Positions 46,375 through 56,696 of a stretch of 64,000 nt of DNA are shown in pieces. The first letter of the stretch is position 1. The number at the start of each line of letters is the position of its first letter. The notes below the pieces were generated by a model. That model ran no database searches. It was not told the DNA's origin and saw only the letters and a program-made list of their open reading frames with translations. This stretch comes from Candidatus Melainabacteria bacterium (GTDB lineage: Bacteria > Cyanobacteriota > Vampirovibrionia > 2-02-FULL-35-15). The position numbers were made by a program, and so were the translations under genes. The stretch lies in assembly GCA_016193285.1 (NCBI GenBank), contig JACPSL010000018.1:91535-155534 (forward strand), written 5' to 3'.

Positions 46375-46845
46375 ATGTTAAAAAAATCAAAACTAGTTGC
46401 ACTTACGTTAGTGATATCAATGCTACTACCACTAGCAGCATTGGCTGATGAAGCAAGTTCAGGTTGTAAGAAACCGAATCTGCTAACTGAGTGGACAATT
46501 GGATTGCCGTTTAAATTAGTTGGTGCAACTTTAAGTAGTGCAACAGGATTACTTGTTGGAACAACAACAGGAATAGTTAGAGGTGCAATTAAAGGTACTA
46601 AAGCAGTTGCAGGTGCTCTTGGTGATGAAGATGGAGCAGTTGAAACATTAGCTGGTTTAGCAGTAGGTGCAGCACCCGGTGCAGCAGTGCATGGACTTCT
46701 TGGTGGAACTCTTTGGACAGCAAAAGGATTTCAATCTGGATTTGAAAAACCTTTTTCATGCCAATCATTACATTCTGCATTTGAAGGCATACCTGATTCT
46801 GTTGAGTGGACTGCTGAAGGTGCTTCAAAAGCATTTTCAAGCTGA
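46375..46845 (+). CDS. secreted glycine-zipper protein, paralog of 29977-30381
   Basis: Signal peptide; ALGDEDG and GFQSGFEKPFS versus ALGDKDG and GIKYGWDKPWS. Confidence 0.7.
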   Translation: MLKKSKLVALTLVISMLLPLAALADEASSGCKKPNLLTEWTIGLPFKLVGATLSSATGLLVGTTTGIVRGAIKGTKAVAGALGDEDGAVETLAGLAVGAAPGAAVHGLLGGTLWTAKGFQSGFEKPFSCQSLHSAFEGIPDSVEWTAEGASKAFSS

Positions 46846-46888
46846 AAATTAAAGTTCGATTTGTTTAAACATTAAATGGTAGAATACG

Positions 46889-46920
46889 AAAGCCAGTACT
46901 AGCTTAAGCTGCTGGCTTTT
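46889..46920 (+). terminator. intrinsic terminator-like hairpin
   Basis: AAAGCCAGT...GCTGGCTTTT. Confidence 0.6.
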
Positions 46921-46931
46921 AAATTTTTATT

Positions 46932-49100
46932 ATGAGCCGATATGTTTTAGTTTTAACTTTTATCTTTGGTTTAGTACTCGGAAGTTATATAGCTCTTTCT
47001 TCAGTAAATAAGTTTTTAGGTCTTCCAAATGTTAGTAACATAACTGAATATGAACCGATAAGCTCAATTGAACTGTATGACTATAGAAATAAATTTGTTG
47101 GCTTTTTACAAGGCACTGAAGACAGGCAAGTTGTTCCTTTAAGTGAGATTTCTCCTTATTTAAAACGAGCTGTTCTAGCTATTGAAGATAAAAGTTTTTA
47201 TGAACATGGAGGTGTAGATCTTGTAGCAATAGTTAGGGCATTTTTTGCAAACCTTCAAGCTGGAAAAATAGTTGAAGGTGGCAGCACAATTACTCAGCAG
47301 CTTGTTAAAAATCTTTTAATCCCTGAAAAAGAAAGAGGCAGAACTTTCACAAGAAAAATAAAAGAGATTTTACTTGCACTTGAACTAGAAAGAAAAGTCA
47401 ATAAAGATAAAATACTAGAACTTTATTTAAATCAGGTTTATTGGGGAAATCGTGCTTATGGAATACAAAGAGCTGCACAAAGATACTTTAATAAAAGCTC
47501 AACAAATCTAACACTAGGTGAATCAGCATATCTTGCAGGACTTCTTCAAGCACCAAGTCAGTTATCATCCGATCTTAAATTAGCAAAAGAAAGAAAAAAT
47601 CTTGTTCTTTTAAAAATGTTAGAGTTTGGCTATATAAATAAAAAGCAATATAACTTGGCTCTGAAAGAAAAACTTAATTTTAGTTCTTCACCAGGACAAT
47701 TTGAACTTTATCCATATTATTTTTCATATGTCCTGGAAGAATTAAAAAAAAGATTTAACATAGAGGAGTTAAGAGAAAAAGGATATAAAGTTTACACAGG
47801 TTTAGATCCAGAAGCACAAACTAAAGCAGAAAAAATTTTAAATGAAGAAATTAAAAATGCCCCATATGGAGTAAATCAATATGCACTTGCTGCAATAGAT
47901 GTAAAAAGTGGACAGGTAAGAGCTCTTGTTGGAGGAGTTGGAGATTTCTGGAAAAACCAATGGAACAGAGCAACAAACCCTCATACAATTGGTTCAGCAT
48001 TTAAACCATTTACTTATTTAACTGCATTTGAACTTGGTTTAGTAGATCTAGATACTAAAATTAAAGATTCAAAGATTGAAATAGAAGATGGAGTAGATAT
48101 GATCTGGGCCCCAAAAAACTTTGATGAAAAATACTGGGGCACTATAACGGTAAGAGAAGCAATAACTTTTTCTAGAAACCTTCCAGCAGTTAAAGTTGCA
48201 AAACAAATTGGAATTGAAAGAATTATTGAAACAGCTAAAGCATGTGGAATTGAATCAACTTTAGAACCACACTTATCATTATCACTTGGCAGTGATGCAA
48301 TTACACCTTTAGAAGCTGCCAGTAGTTATGCTACTTTTGCAAGAGGTGGAGTTTATATAAAACCAATCTTAATTAGAAGCATAGAAGATCCTAAGAAAAG
48401 AATTATTGAAAAAAATGTGCCAGTGCCTCAAAGAGCAGTATCAGCTGACGCAACAGCAATATTAGTTAGCGTTTTAGAAGATGTAGTAAAAAGAGGGACA
48501 GGTACTTTAGCTCGTCTTAGTGACAGGCCTGTTGCTGGTAAAACAGGCACATCAGACAAGTCAAGAGATGTTTGGTTTATTGGCTTTACACCTGATCTTT
48601 CAGTAGCAATATGGGGCGGCAATGATTTAAATAAAGAAATTCATGGCAAAGGAGTAACAGGAGGAGCAATTGTTGCAAGAGTATGGAAAAGATTTTGTGA
48701 GGGATATTATGCAGATAAAGATATTTCACCAGGAAAGTTTCCTCATGAACCTAGAATGAAAGAATTACTTGTTGATCCACTAACAGGACTTTTAGCTACT
48801 CCATATACATTTCATCCAATTAAAAAACGCTTTTTCCCTGGAACTGAACCAAACGAATATGCTCCTGTTCCACTTGGTGCAAAAAGGTTTAGGCCTTTTG
48901 CTAGACTTTTTTATAATCAAATTTTTAATAATAAAAATAAATTTGTCGAAGATAAGGAAACAATTCTAAATAATGGAGACGAAGAAAACGAAGAAAACGA
49001 AGAAAAAGGAGAAATAATTGATGAGACTAAACAAGAAGTTGAACCACCTGTTCCACAAGAAGAAATAAAAGATAATGAAGAAGAAGAAAAAGGGCCATAA
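46932..49100 (+). CDS. class A penicillin-binding protein (PBP1A family)
   Basis: EDKSFYEHGGVD, GGSTITQQL, SAFK, SRN and KTG motifs. Confidence 0.95.
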   Translation: MSRYVLVLTFIFGLVLGSYIALSSVNKFLGLPNVSNITEYEPISSIELYDYRNKFVGFLQGTEDRQVVPLSEISPYLKRAVLAIEDKSFYEHGGVDLVAIVRAFFANLQAGKIVEGGSTITQQLVKNLLIPEKERGRTFTRKIKEILLALELERKVNKDKILELYLNQVYWGNRAYGIQRAAQRYFNKSSTNLTLGESAYLAGLLQAPSQLSSDLKLAKERKNLVLLKMLEFGYINKKQYNLALKEKLNFSSSPGQFELYPYYFSYVLEELKKRFNIEELREKGYKVYTGLDPEAQTKAEKILNEEIKNAPYGVNQYALAAIDVKSGQVRALVGGVGDFWKNQWNRATNPHTIGSAFKPFTYLTAFELGLVDLDTKIKDSKIEIEDGVDMIWAPKNFDEKYWGTITVREAITFSRNLPAVKVAKQIGIERIIETAKACGIESTLEPHLSLSLGSDAITPLEAASSYATFARGGVYIKPILIRSIEDPKKRIIEKNVPVPQRAVSADATAILVSVLEDVVKRGTGTLARLSDRPVAGKTGTSDKSRDVWFIGFTPDLSVAIWGGNDLNKEIHGKGVTGGAIVARVWKRFCEGYYADKDISPGKFPHEPRMKELLVDPLTGLLATPYTFHPIKKRFFPGTEPNEYAPVPLGAKRFRPFARLFYNQIFNNKNKFVEDKETILNNGDEENEENEEKGEIIDETKQEVEPPVPQEEIKDNEEEEKGP

Positions 49101-49877
49101 ATGTTACATGAATTTGAAAAAGAATTAGTTTATGGCAGAAAGCCTGTTCTAGAAATGCTCCAGCAAAGCGCCTCTACACAAATAAATAAAATTTGGCTAA
49201 GCAATGGTTTTCAGGATAAAAAATTTAAACAATTAATTATTTCTTTTGCAAAAGATAAAAAAATTCCTATTAATTTTGTTCCAGAATCTAGATTAAACAA
49301 TTTAACAATTAACCAAAATCATCAAGGGATTGTTCTAAGCATTTCTCCAATTAATTATTTGTCTGTAGAGACGCTCCACCGGAGCGTCTCTACACCAAAA
49401 ATAATTTTAATTGCTCATGAAATTGAAGATCCTCATAATTTAGGTGCAATGATTAGAACTTTTGTAGCTGGTGGTGGGAAAGGAATAATACTTACAGGCA
49501 GAAAAAGTGTTGGTATAAGTTCGACAGTTATTAAGACAAGTGCAGGTGTTTTGTTTCAAGCAAATTTTGCAAGGGCTACAAATTGTATAAATGTTATTAA
49601 AGAGCTAAAAGAAAAAGGATTTTGGATAGTAGGAACAGATGTTACAAAAAATGCTGAATCAATTTATAAAGTAGACCTGCCAGATCAAATCGCCATCTTA
49701 GTTGGCAATGAGCATGAAGGCTTAAGTAATTTAATAAAAAAGAACTGTGATTTTCTTATAAGAGTCCCTACAAGTAATAAAGTTGATTCATTAAATGTGT
49801 CTGTAGCTTTTGGAATATTACTTTTTGAGTTTCTAAGGCAGAAAAACCTTTTAACAGTAATCAATCCTATATCCTAG
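49101..49877 (+). CDS. rlmB: 23S rRNA G2251 2'-O-methyltransferase (TrmH family)
   Basis: YGRKPVLE, HQGIV, DPHNLGAM.R, GNEHEGL, SLNVSVA. Confidence 0.88.
   Translation: MLHEFEKELVYGRKPVLEMLQQSASTQINKIWLSNGFQDKKFKQLIISFAKDKKIPINFVPESRLNNLTINQNHQGIVLSISPINYLSVETLHRSVSTPKIILIAHEIEDPHNLGAMIRTFVAGGGKGIILTGRKSVGISSTVIKTSAGVLFQANFARATNCINVIKELKEKGFWIVGTDVTKNAESIYKVDLPDQIAILVGNEHEGLSNLIKKNCDFLIRVPTSNKVDSLNVSVAFGILLFEFLRQKNLLTVINPIS
49364..49394. repeat. REP-like perfect hairpin in frame within rlmB
   Basis: TGTAGAGACGCTCC-ACC-GGAGCGTCTCTACA (14-bp stem). Confidence 0.9.
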
Positions 49878-50792
49878 CTCTTTCATCATTGGTTCAATTA
49901 CTGGATAAGTATTTTTTATAAGATCTATATTTTTTTTCCATTTATCTTTATCTGGCTTTGAGTTTGCATTTACTATTGGAGGAGTCTTGGACAGATCTCT
50001 TAGTCTTTTTGTAAATGGAATATCAATAAAGTCACAAACTTTTTTAACTATCTCATAAGTGTTACAAGAAAGTTCTTCATAAGAAATAAAATATTTTCTT
50101 TGATTTTCAATGGCTTGTAAACCCTCAAGGGCAGCTTTGTTTGAGCTTATCCATTGAAATGCACAAACTTCTTCTAAAGGTTTGTTTGTATAATTTTTCC
50201 AGCCTGGAGGTAGAACAAACTTCCAGACAGTGTCATTGTAACCTTTTATGTTTAATGATACTTGAAGATTTTCTGTCCTTAGATACTTGTTTGGGATTTT
50301 CCATCCTTCAATTAAAGAACTTATGTTTGACCTGCCATCACGTTTAAGAAAAATGAATAAGCAATCTTTAAATAACTTATTTACAAATGGTATCCGATAA
50401 CAATTCTTAGGTGTCTTTTCAACTAGTCTGTATTTTCTTAGAAGAAGATTTTTGTATAAAAGATTTGAAGGAATTATAAGCTTGCTTAATCCTCTAAAGA
50501 AATTATTTTTTAGTATAAATTCCCTGTTAAAATATCCAAGATAATAATTATTTAAAGATTTTTTATGAAACTCATTTAAAATAAAATTCTTGGACTTGTT
50601 ATTTAAGTCGTTTTCACTTAAGATATCATCTTGCAATTCTTTCTTTGTAAGTTGAAAATATAAATCCCAAATCTCATTACTTTCTCTATATAAAGACCAT
50701 AATTCACTACTAGTACTTAATATCCTAAAAAGTAAGCTAGTACCAGATCTTGGGCATCCAACTATTATTACTGGCTTTCTAATCTCTAGCAT
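49851..50792 (-). CDS. sulfotransferase (Sulfotransfer_3-like)
   Basis: IVGCPRSGTSLL PAPS loop; VEKTP; RDGR; SYEEL. Confidence 0.88.
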   Translation of the reverse strand: MLEIRKPVIIVGCPRSGTSLLFRILSTSSELWSLYRESNEIWDLYFQLTKKELQDDILSENDLNNKSKNFILNEFHKKSLNNYYLGYFNREFILKNNFFRGLSKLIIPSNLLYKNLLLRKYRLVEKTPKNCYRIPFVNKLFKDCLFIFLKRDGRSNISSLIEGWKIPNKYLRTENLQVSLNIKGYNDTVWKFVLPPGWKNYTNKPLEEVCAFQWISSNKAALEGLQAIENQRKYFISYEELSCNTYEIVKKVCDFIDIPFTKRLRDLSKTPPIVNANSKPDKDKWKKNIDLIKNTYPVIEPMMKELGYRIDYC

Positions 50793-50874
50793 TTTACCTA
50801 TTTTACGCTACTTTTTAGCACTCAGTATAAATTTACTGTCAAAAGATTATTAAGCCTTGCTTTTTATTATTGAT

Positions 50875-51213
50875 ATGGAAAATGACTTACAGCTAGATCA
50901 AAATGAATTAAAAATTGATTCATTTGAAATTTTAAGTAGGTTTATAGATTTATGTAAAAACCATTCTAGAAATAGTCCCTTTAAAATATCACTTTCATGC
51001 TCAGCTGATATTACAGCTGCTGTATATTACTATCGTAAATACCCAAAGGTTGATAATTTTATTTCTGAATGCTTGAACGGTAACTGTGACTATCTACAGT
51101 TAAAGTGGCTAAGATCGACATGGAATGCATTTAGCAAGATGAATGATTTTGAATTGTCTGAACTTGTTATAAATCAAATTACTTTGGTTGCTAATTTAGA
51201 AGAAGAACAATAA
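50875..51213 (+). CDS. hypothetical protein
   Basis: ORF fills the gap between neighbours; no recognisable motif; ATG 50875 is the likely start. Confidence 0.55.
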   Translation: MENDLQLDQNELKIDSFEILSRFIDLCKNHSRNSPFKISLSCSADITAAVYYYRKYPKVDNFISECLNGNCDYLQLKWLRSTWNAFSKMNDFELSELVINQITLVANLEEEQ

Positions 51214-51223
51214 TATAGGAAGC

Positions 51224-52672
51224 GTGAAAAAGGAACCTCTCTCCAAAAAGCTTACTTTTGGTATCTTTTATTTGCTTTCAAGTTCTTTTGCTACACTTGG
51301 TTTAAATGTAATAACTGTTGGTTTTATCGCAAGAACACTAGGCGTTGAGCAGTTTGGACTTTATTCAGCAATTTTTTCCTTTGTAGGACTTTTTCAATTT
51401 TTCAGTGATTTTGGAATTAACAAAACCTTACTTAAGTTTGGTTCTACAGAAATTAAAAATGCTCAAGCTAGTTTTGGGAATGCACTTTTTGTTAAAAGCA
51501 TTTTAATAGTACCAACAATTTTTTTAGTTATAATTTTTGGACTTATTGCTGGTTATAGAAATAATGAAATAATTATAGTTACTTTTTTTATTATTAGTTT
51601 GATTTTTGATAGCTATGGAACTTTGTTTAGTAGCATTAGAAGAATTTTAGGAAGTTTTAAATTAATCTCGTTTTTTAGAGTGTTGAGAACTTGTTTGAAT
51701 TTAATAATCATTATATGTGCTTTATCAATTAAAAGCTCAGTTTTTTCTCTTGCATTAGCAATTATGATTTTCAGCCTTGTTACTTTTCTTATTTCTTTAA
51801 TTAATACTGTAATGCTACTGAAACCAAAGTTACAGTTAAATCTATTAAATGAATTTTTTAAAGACTCAGTAATATTTAGTTTTAGTGATTTTTTTCTAGG
51901 CATTTATGCAAAAATCAGCACAGTATTATTGTCGTTTTTTAGTGATTTACATTCAGTTGGGATTTATGGTGCTGCAATAAGATTTACAAGAATTGCAAAT
52001 CTTTTACCAAATCAAGTTAAGTTTGCTCTACTACCAACAATGTACAGGTTATTAGGTAACAATAACAATGATACTTACTCTTCAAATGTAAGAGTTTTTA
52101 AGATCTTGTTTAAATACATGACAATTTTTGCAACTCCTCTTGTTATATCAATTTATTTTTTTTCTGATTCAATTATTCATCTTATTTTTGGCAAGAAATA
52201 CGATCTTGCAATTCCACTTGTTAAGTTGTTTAGTTTATTTATTTATTTACGTTTTGTAGAAACACCTTTTAACTTATTTTATATTGCCATGAACAAGCAT
52301 AAAAAGATGGTTTATTTTCAAGGCATTACAAGTGGATTAAGTGTAATTTTGAATTTAATTTTAATTCCTAAGTTTTTTATGTATGGAGCAGCTGCAGCAA
52401 CAATCATAAGCGAAATAGTTTTCGCCTTAATGCTTGTGTTTTCTGGCATTAAATATTCAATATGGGATTTGCAAAATATTTTTGTTTTGTTCTTAAAGCC
52501 TTTAACTTCTGGTTTATTGGCTTTGTTTCTTACATTGTTTTTCCTTAGTAAAATTAATATATTTGTTCAAATCATATTTTTATATGTTAGTTATCTGTTG
52601 TTTCTTTTTGTTACAAGATTATTTAATAAAGAAGATAAAGATCTTTTCATGAAAATCATTGCTAGAGAGTGA
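51224..52672 (+). CDS. Wzx-like polysaccharide flippase
   Basis: ARTLGVEQFGLYS, DFGI, VGIYGAA, LNLILIP..GAAAATIISE; many TM helices. Confidence 0.9.
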   Translation: MKKEPLSKKLTFGIFYLLSSSFATLGLNVITVGFIARTLGVEQFGLYSAIFSFVGLFQFFSDFGINKTLLKFGSTEIKNAQASFGNALFVKSILIVPTIFLVIIFGLIAGYRNNEIIIVTFFIISLIFDSYGTLFSSIRRILGSFKLISFFRVLRTCLNLIIIICALSIKSSVFSLALAIMIFSLVTFLISLINTVMLLKPKLQLNLLNEFFKDSVIFSFSDFFLGIYAKISTVLLSFFSDLHSVGIYGAAIRFTRIANLLPNQVKFALLPTMYRLLGNNNNDTYSSNVRVFKILFKYMTIFATPLVISIYFFSDSIIHLIFGKKYDLAIPLVKLFSLFIYLRFVETPFNLFYIAMNKHKKMVYFQGITSGLSVILNLILIPKFFMYGAAAATIISEIVFALMLVFSGIKYSIWDLQNIFVLFLKPLTSGLLALFLTLFFLSKINIFVQIIFLYVSYLLFLFVTRLFNKEDKDLFMKIIARE

Positions 52673-52686
52673 TATGATTATTAAAA

Positions 52687-53565
52687 ATGTCAATTGGTAC
52701 GAAAATAAAAAAATCATCCCGCCTTCCCGAATGGCTCCAGAAGAATGTTTTATTAAGTGAAGAGTCAAGAAAAGTTCATGCTTTAATTCAGGAATTTAAC
52801 TTAAATACAGTTTGTCAAAGCGCTCGTTGTCCAAATAAAAATGAATGTTTTTCAAGCGGTACAGCAACTTTTATGATTAATGGAAATATTTGTACAAGAG
52901 GTTGTACTTTTTGTAGTGTTTTAAAAGGCAAACCTACCATGTTGCCTAATGAAGATGAACCCAAAAATATTGCACTATTAGCTAAAGTGCTTGACTTAAA
53001 ACACATTGTTATAACTTCAGTAAATAGAGATGATTTACCTGATCAAGGTTCCAGTCAATTTGCAAAAACTATTTATGCAATTCGCGGGATAATCCCTAAA
53101 GTAGTAATTGAAGTTTTAACTCCAGACTTTAGAGGTAGCAAAGAATGTATTAAAAGGGTAGTAGACGCTTCTCCAGATATTTATAATCATAATTTAGAAA
53201 CAGTGCCAAGATTGTATCGGATAGTTAGGCCTGGTGCAATTTATAAAAGATCTCTAGAGTTAATAAACTATGTAAAAGATCTAAATCCAAACATAACTAC
53301 AAAGTCTGGAATGATGCTTGGTTTAAGTGAAGAAATAAAAGAAGTTATACAAGTAATTGAGGATTTATTTTTATATAAATGTGATTATCTTACTCTTGGA
53401 CAATATATGCAACCAACACAAGATAGTTGTCCTGTTTTTAGATATCTTAAACCAAGTGAGTTTGAAAACCTAAAAGATATAGCTTTAAAAATTGGTTTTA
53501 AAAAAGTATTTAGCGGACCATTAGTTAGAAGTTCTTATCATGCTGAAAAGTTGCATCAACAGTGA
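52687..53565 (+). CDS. lipA: lipoyl synthase
   Basis: CQSARCPNKNEC, CTRGCTFC, HNLETV, VRSSYHA. Confidence 0.96.
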   Translation: MSIGTKIKKSSRLPEWLQKNVLLSEESRKVHALIQEFNLNTVCQSARCPNKNECFSSGTATFMINGNICTRGCTFCSVLKGKPTMLPNEDEPKNIALLAKVLDLKHIVITSVNRDDLPDQGSSQFAKTIYAIRGIIPKVVIEVLTPDFRGSKECIKRVVDASPDIYNHNLETVPRLYRIVRPGAIYKRSLELINYVKDLNPNITTKSGMMLGLSEEIKEVIQVIEDLFLYKCDYLTLGQYMQPTQDSCPVFRYLKPSEFENLKDIALKIGFKKVFSGPLVRSSYHAEKLHQQ

Positions 53566-54743
53566 TGGAAAAGAAACCAAAATATTTGTTAGTTCTTCTC
53601 ATCATGCTTATTTCTTTTTTAAGCCTGGGGATTTCTGTAAGCAAGTTATCTTTAGATAAAGAAGAGCCAAAAATAAAAGAAGAAGAATCTAAAAATATTA
53701 GCGAATCATATTGCACTGCTAAAGTAATAAAAATAATTTCAGACAATGAAGAAGAACTTCCTGGCGGAAACAAACAAAGAGTACAACAATTACTTCTTAA
53801 AATTGTTTCAGGAGTTGATAAAAATAAAAAAAGAGTTACAACTAACATCATCCCTGACAATCCTGCTTTCTCAATTTTTGGTGAGGTTGGAAGAAAATAT
53901 TTAATTACAAAAGTAGAAAACTTAGAAACAGGCAGTGAAGATTATTTCATTATTGATTACTATCGGGAGCATTTTGTCTGGTATTTGTTTAGTGCTTTTT
54001 TAGTTGTGCTTATAGTGGTCGGTGGTGTTAAAGGAATTAGAACAATATTTTCGTTAGCTGCAACAATTTTACTTATTGCATTCTTTTTAATCCCTTGTGT
54101 AATAAAAGGAATTAATCCTCTTTTAATTGCAGTAATAGTTTCATTTCTTGCAACTGCAGTTACAATGATGCTTGTAGCAGGCATTAATGTAAAATCTTTA
54201 GCAAGTACTCTAGGTACTGTTATTGGAGTTAGTTTTAGCGGGTTAATTGCTACAGTTGTAATTAAAACTGCACCACTCTCAGGACTTGCAAGTACTGAAG
54301 CAATGATACTTTGGGGAAACCAACTGTATGAAATAAATTTTAAAGGTTTACTTGCTAGTGGCATGATTATCTCATGTCTTGGAGCAATTATGGATGTAGC
54401 AATTTCAATTTCAAGTTCTATTTATGAAATTAAAACAGCAAATCCAAATTACACTGTTAAAAAATTATTTACATCAGGTATGAATATTGGAAAAGATATC
54501 ATGGGAACTATGACTAATACATTGGTCTTGGCATATACAGGAATGGCATTGCCATTGCTTTTGCTAATTAGCTATGAAAAAAACCCTACTAAGTTTTTAA
54601 ACTTAGAGCTTGTAGTCTCAGAAATAACTGCAGCTATTGCTGGAAGTATTGGACTTGTAATTTCAGTGCCAGTTACTGCTTTAATAATGAGTTTTTTAGC
54701 AGCACGAGCTAGCGAACCGGCGAAGGGACGAACCGGCGATTAG
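53562..54743 (+). CDS. YibE/F family membrane protein
   Basis: LGAIMDVAISISS; GKDIMGTMTNTLVLAY; GSIGLVISVP. Confidence 0.9.
   Translation: MMEKKPKYLLVLLIMLISFLSLGISVSKLSLDKEEPKIKEEESKNISESYCTAKVIKIISDNEEELPGGNKQRVQQLLLKIVSGVDKNKKRVTTNIIPDNPAFSIFGEVGRKYLITKVENLETGSEDYFIIDYYREHFVWYLFSAFLVVLIVVGGVKGIRTIFSLAATILLIAFFLIPCVIKGINPLLIAVIVSFLATAVTMMLVAGINVKSLASTLGTVIGVSFSGLIATVVIKTAPLSGLASTEAMILWGNQLYEINFKGLLASGMIISCLGAIMDVAISISSSIYEIKTANPNYTVKKLFTSGMNIGKDIMGTMTNTLVLAYTGMALPLLLLISYEKNPTKFLNLELVVSEITAAIAGSIGLVISVPVTALIMSFLAARASEPAKGRTGD
54705..54743 (+). repeat. octamer tandem repeat forming the YibE/F C-terminus
   Basis: cgagctag cgaaccgg cgaaggga cgaaccgg cgattag; GC-rich in an AT-rich background. 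Confidence 0.7.
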
Positions 54744-54750
54744 AAAAAAT

Positions 54751-55404
54751 ATGGATATCCTTGATTACAAAGAATGTGTAACGAAAATATACTTTGTTCG
54801 TCATGGGGAGACAAAAGCAAATAAACTTAGATTATTGTTTGGCCAGTTAGACTTGGATTTAAACAAGCAAGGTTTAAAAGATGCAAGAAGAGTTGCAAGC
54901 AAGTTATTAAAAATTGCAAAGAAAGAAAAAATAAGTTTTATTATTTCAAGCCCTTTAAAGAGAGCAAAACATACAGCAAATATAATCTCACAAGAGCTTG
55001 TAAGGGCAGGCCTTGCGCCTGCCTCTAGAATCATCATAGATAAAAACTTAATGGAAAAATCAGAAGGCACGTGGGATGGGAAAAGTTTTTGGGATGTTAG
55101 ACAAAAAGACCCTAAAAATTATTATTCTTGGGTAAAAGATCCTTTTAAGAACAGGACTCCAAAAGGTGAATCAGTACTTGATTTAAATAAAAGAGTAAAA
55201 AAATTTTATAAGACTGTATTAAAAAAGTATTTAGGTAAAAATATTATTGTAACGACTCACTCAGGACCAATTAGACTTTTTGTCTTAAATTTATTAGGCA
55301 CAAAAATAAATAAGTTTTGGTACTTAAAAACTGAATGTGGCTCTATTACAGAAGTTCATATAAGCAAAAAACATGCAATGATATGGAGTTTAAATGTTAA
55401 TTAA
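54751..55404 (+). CDS. histidine phosphatase (CobC/GpmB-like)
   Basis: RHGET, SSPLKRA, GES, THSG. Confidence 0.9.
   Translation: MDILDYKECVTKIYFVRHGETKANKLRLLFGQLDLDLNKQGLKDARRVASKLLKIAKKEKISFIISSPLKRAKHTANIISQELVRAGLAPASRIIIDKNLMEKSEGTWDGKSFWDVRQKDPKNYYSWVKDPFKNRTPKGESVLDLNKRVKKFYKTVLKKYLGKNIIVTTHSGPIRLFVLNLLGTKINKFWYLKTECGSITEVHISKKHAMIWSLNVN
55000..55027 (+). repeat. REP-like palindrome in frame within the histidine phosphatase gene
   Basis: GTAAGGGCAGGC-CTTGC-GCCTGCC; encodes VRAGLAPA. Confidence 0.7.
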
Positions 55405-55418
55405 ATTAATTAAACTTC

Positions 55419-56558
55419 TTACCTTAAGTAATTAAGCGGGTTTTGTGGTCTGCCGTTTTTTCTAACTTCAAAATGTAAGTGTGGTCCAGTTGAATAACCG
55501 GTTTGACCTTCATATCCAACTATATCTCCTTTTGTTATTGTTTTTCCTTTAGAAACATTGTCTCTGCTTAAGTGAGCATAAAGTGTTGAAAAACTCATAC
55601 CATGATCTACAATAACAACTTTTCCATAACCACCGTACCAACCGTTAAAAATTACTCTTCCACTATCTGATGCCATTATTGGTGTTCCAAAAGGTGCAGC
55701 TAGATCTACACCACTGTGAAAACTAACCACTCTAAAAATAGGATGTCTTCTTAAACCAAATGGTGAAGTTAGTCTGCCCATAATTGGATAAGAAAATGCA
55801 CCACTGCCACCTATAAATGAACCTGAAAAATCACTTTCCCCAATAAGTTGGTTTATTTCACTAATAAGCTGCTGAGATTCTCTTTCCAATTGTCTTTCTG
55901 CTTGTTCATAAGCAGCTCTTTCTGTCCGAAGCTTGCTTACTATGTTTGATTGAGCCTTATGTTCTTTAGAAATAAGTTTTTTTTGTTCTTCAATTTCAGT
56001 TACAATATTTGTAAACTTAATTTTTTGTACCGCAAGACGATCTTTATAATTTCCAATTTCCTTGGACTGTTGTTCAAGTCTTTCTAGAAGGTTTTTGTCT
56101 TGTACTACAAGTAATTTTTGATAGTACAGGTAATCTAAAAAATCTGTAAGATTAGGTGTCTTTAACAGAGTTTCTAAAACTCTCAATCTTTGACCTTGGT
56201 AAATTTGTTTAATTCTAGCTGCAGCATCAGTTCTTAAACCTGAATAATCTGTCTTTAGTTCTGAGAGCTTTTCCTCAGTGGATTCAAGATCATTTTGTGT
56301 ACTAGAAAGCTGAAGCTTGTTCCTTTTTAGTTTTTCTTGAGTAGAGTAAAGTTTCTTTTGTATTTCTGTAAGCCTGCCAACTGCAACTTTTTCTTTTTCC
56401 TTAGTTTCTTCTATTTTTTTTCTTAAGTATTCTCCTTTTTGTTCTAAGTCCTTAAGTACCCTTGATTTACTTGAACTCTTCGAATAGGTTGGAAGATTTG
56501 AAAATATAATCAGTAGCAATAAAACTATAGTTAAAAAGATTTGATTTGTTTTCTTCAT
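55419..56558 (-). CDS. EnvC-like coiled-coil M23 peptidase
   Basis: Coiled coil; HSGVD, YAHLS, STGPHLHFEVR. Confidence 0.92.
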   Translation of the reverse strand: MKKTNQIFLTIVLLLLIIFSNLPTYSKSSSKSRVLKDLEQKGEYLRKKIEETKEKEKVAVGRLTEIQKKLYSTQEKLKRNKLQLSSTQNDLESTEEKLSELKTDYSGLRTDAAARIKQIYQGQRLRVLETLLKTPNLTDFLDYLYYQKLLVVQDKNLLERLEQQSKEIGNYKDRLAVQKIKFTNIVTEIEEQKKLISKEHKAQSNIVSKLRTERAAYEQAERQLERESQQLISEINQLIGESDFSGSFIGGSGAFSYPIMGRLTSPFGLRRHPIFRVVSFHSGVDLAAPFGTPIMASDSGRVIFNGWYGGYGKVVIVDHGMSFSTLYAHLSRDNVSKGKTITKGDIVGYEGQTGYSTGPHLHFEVRKNGRPQNPLNYLR

Positions 56559-56696
56559 GGAATTAAAAATTATTGTTTATTATAAGCAAAAATAAAGAGT
56601 ACTGGAACTACAGAAACCACTAGAAACGATATTAACATAATGAGTACTATGATTCGTGAGTGCTTTCTAAAAAAATCCATCATAAGAGGTATTTTA

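Noticed and set aside
48979..49007. 9-nt repeat GAAGAAAAC in PBP1A
   Set aside because: Codon-level repeat in an acidic disordered tail; ordinary
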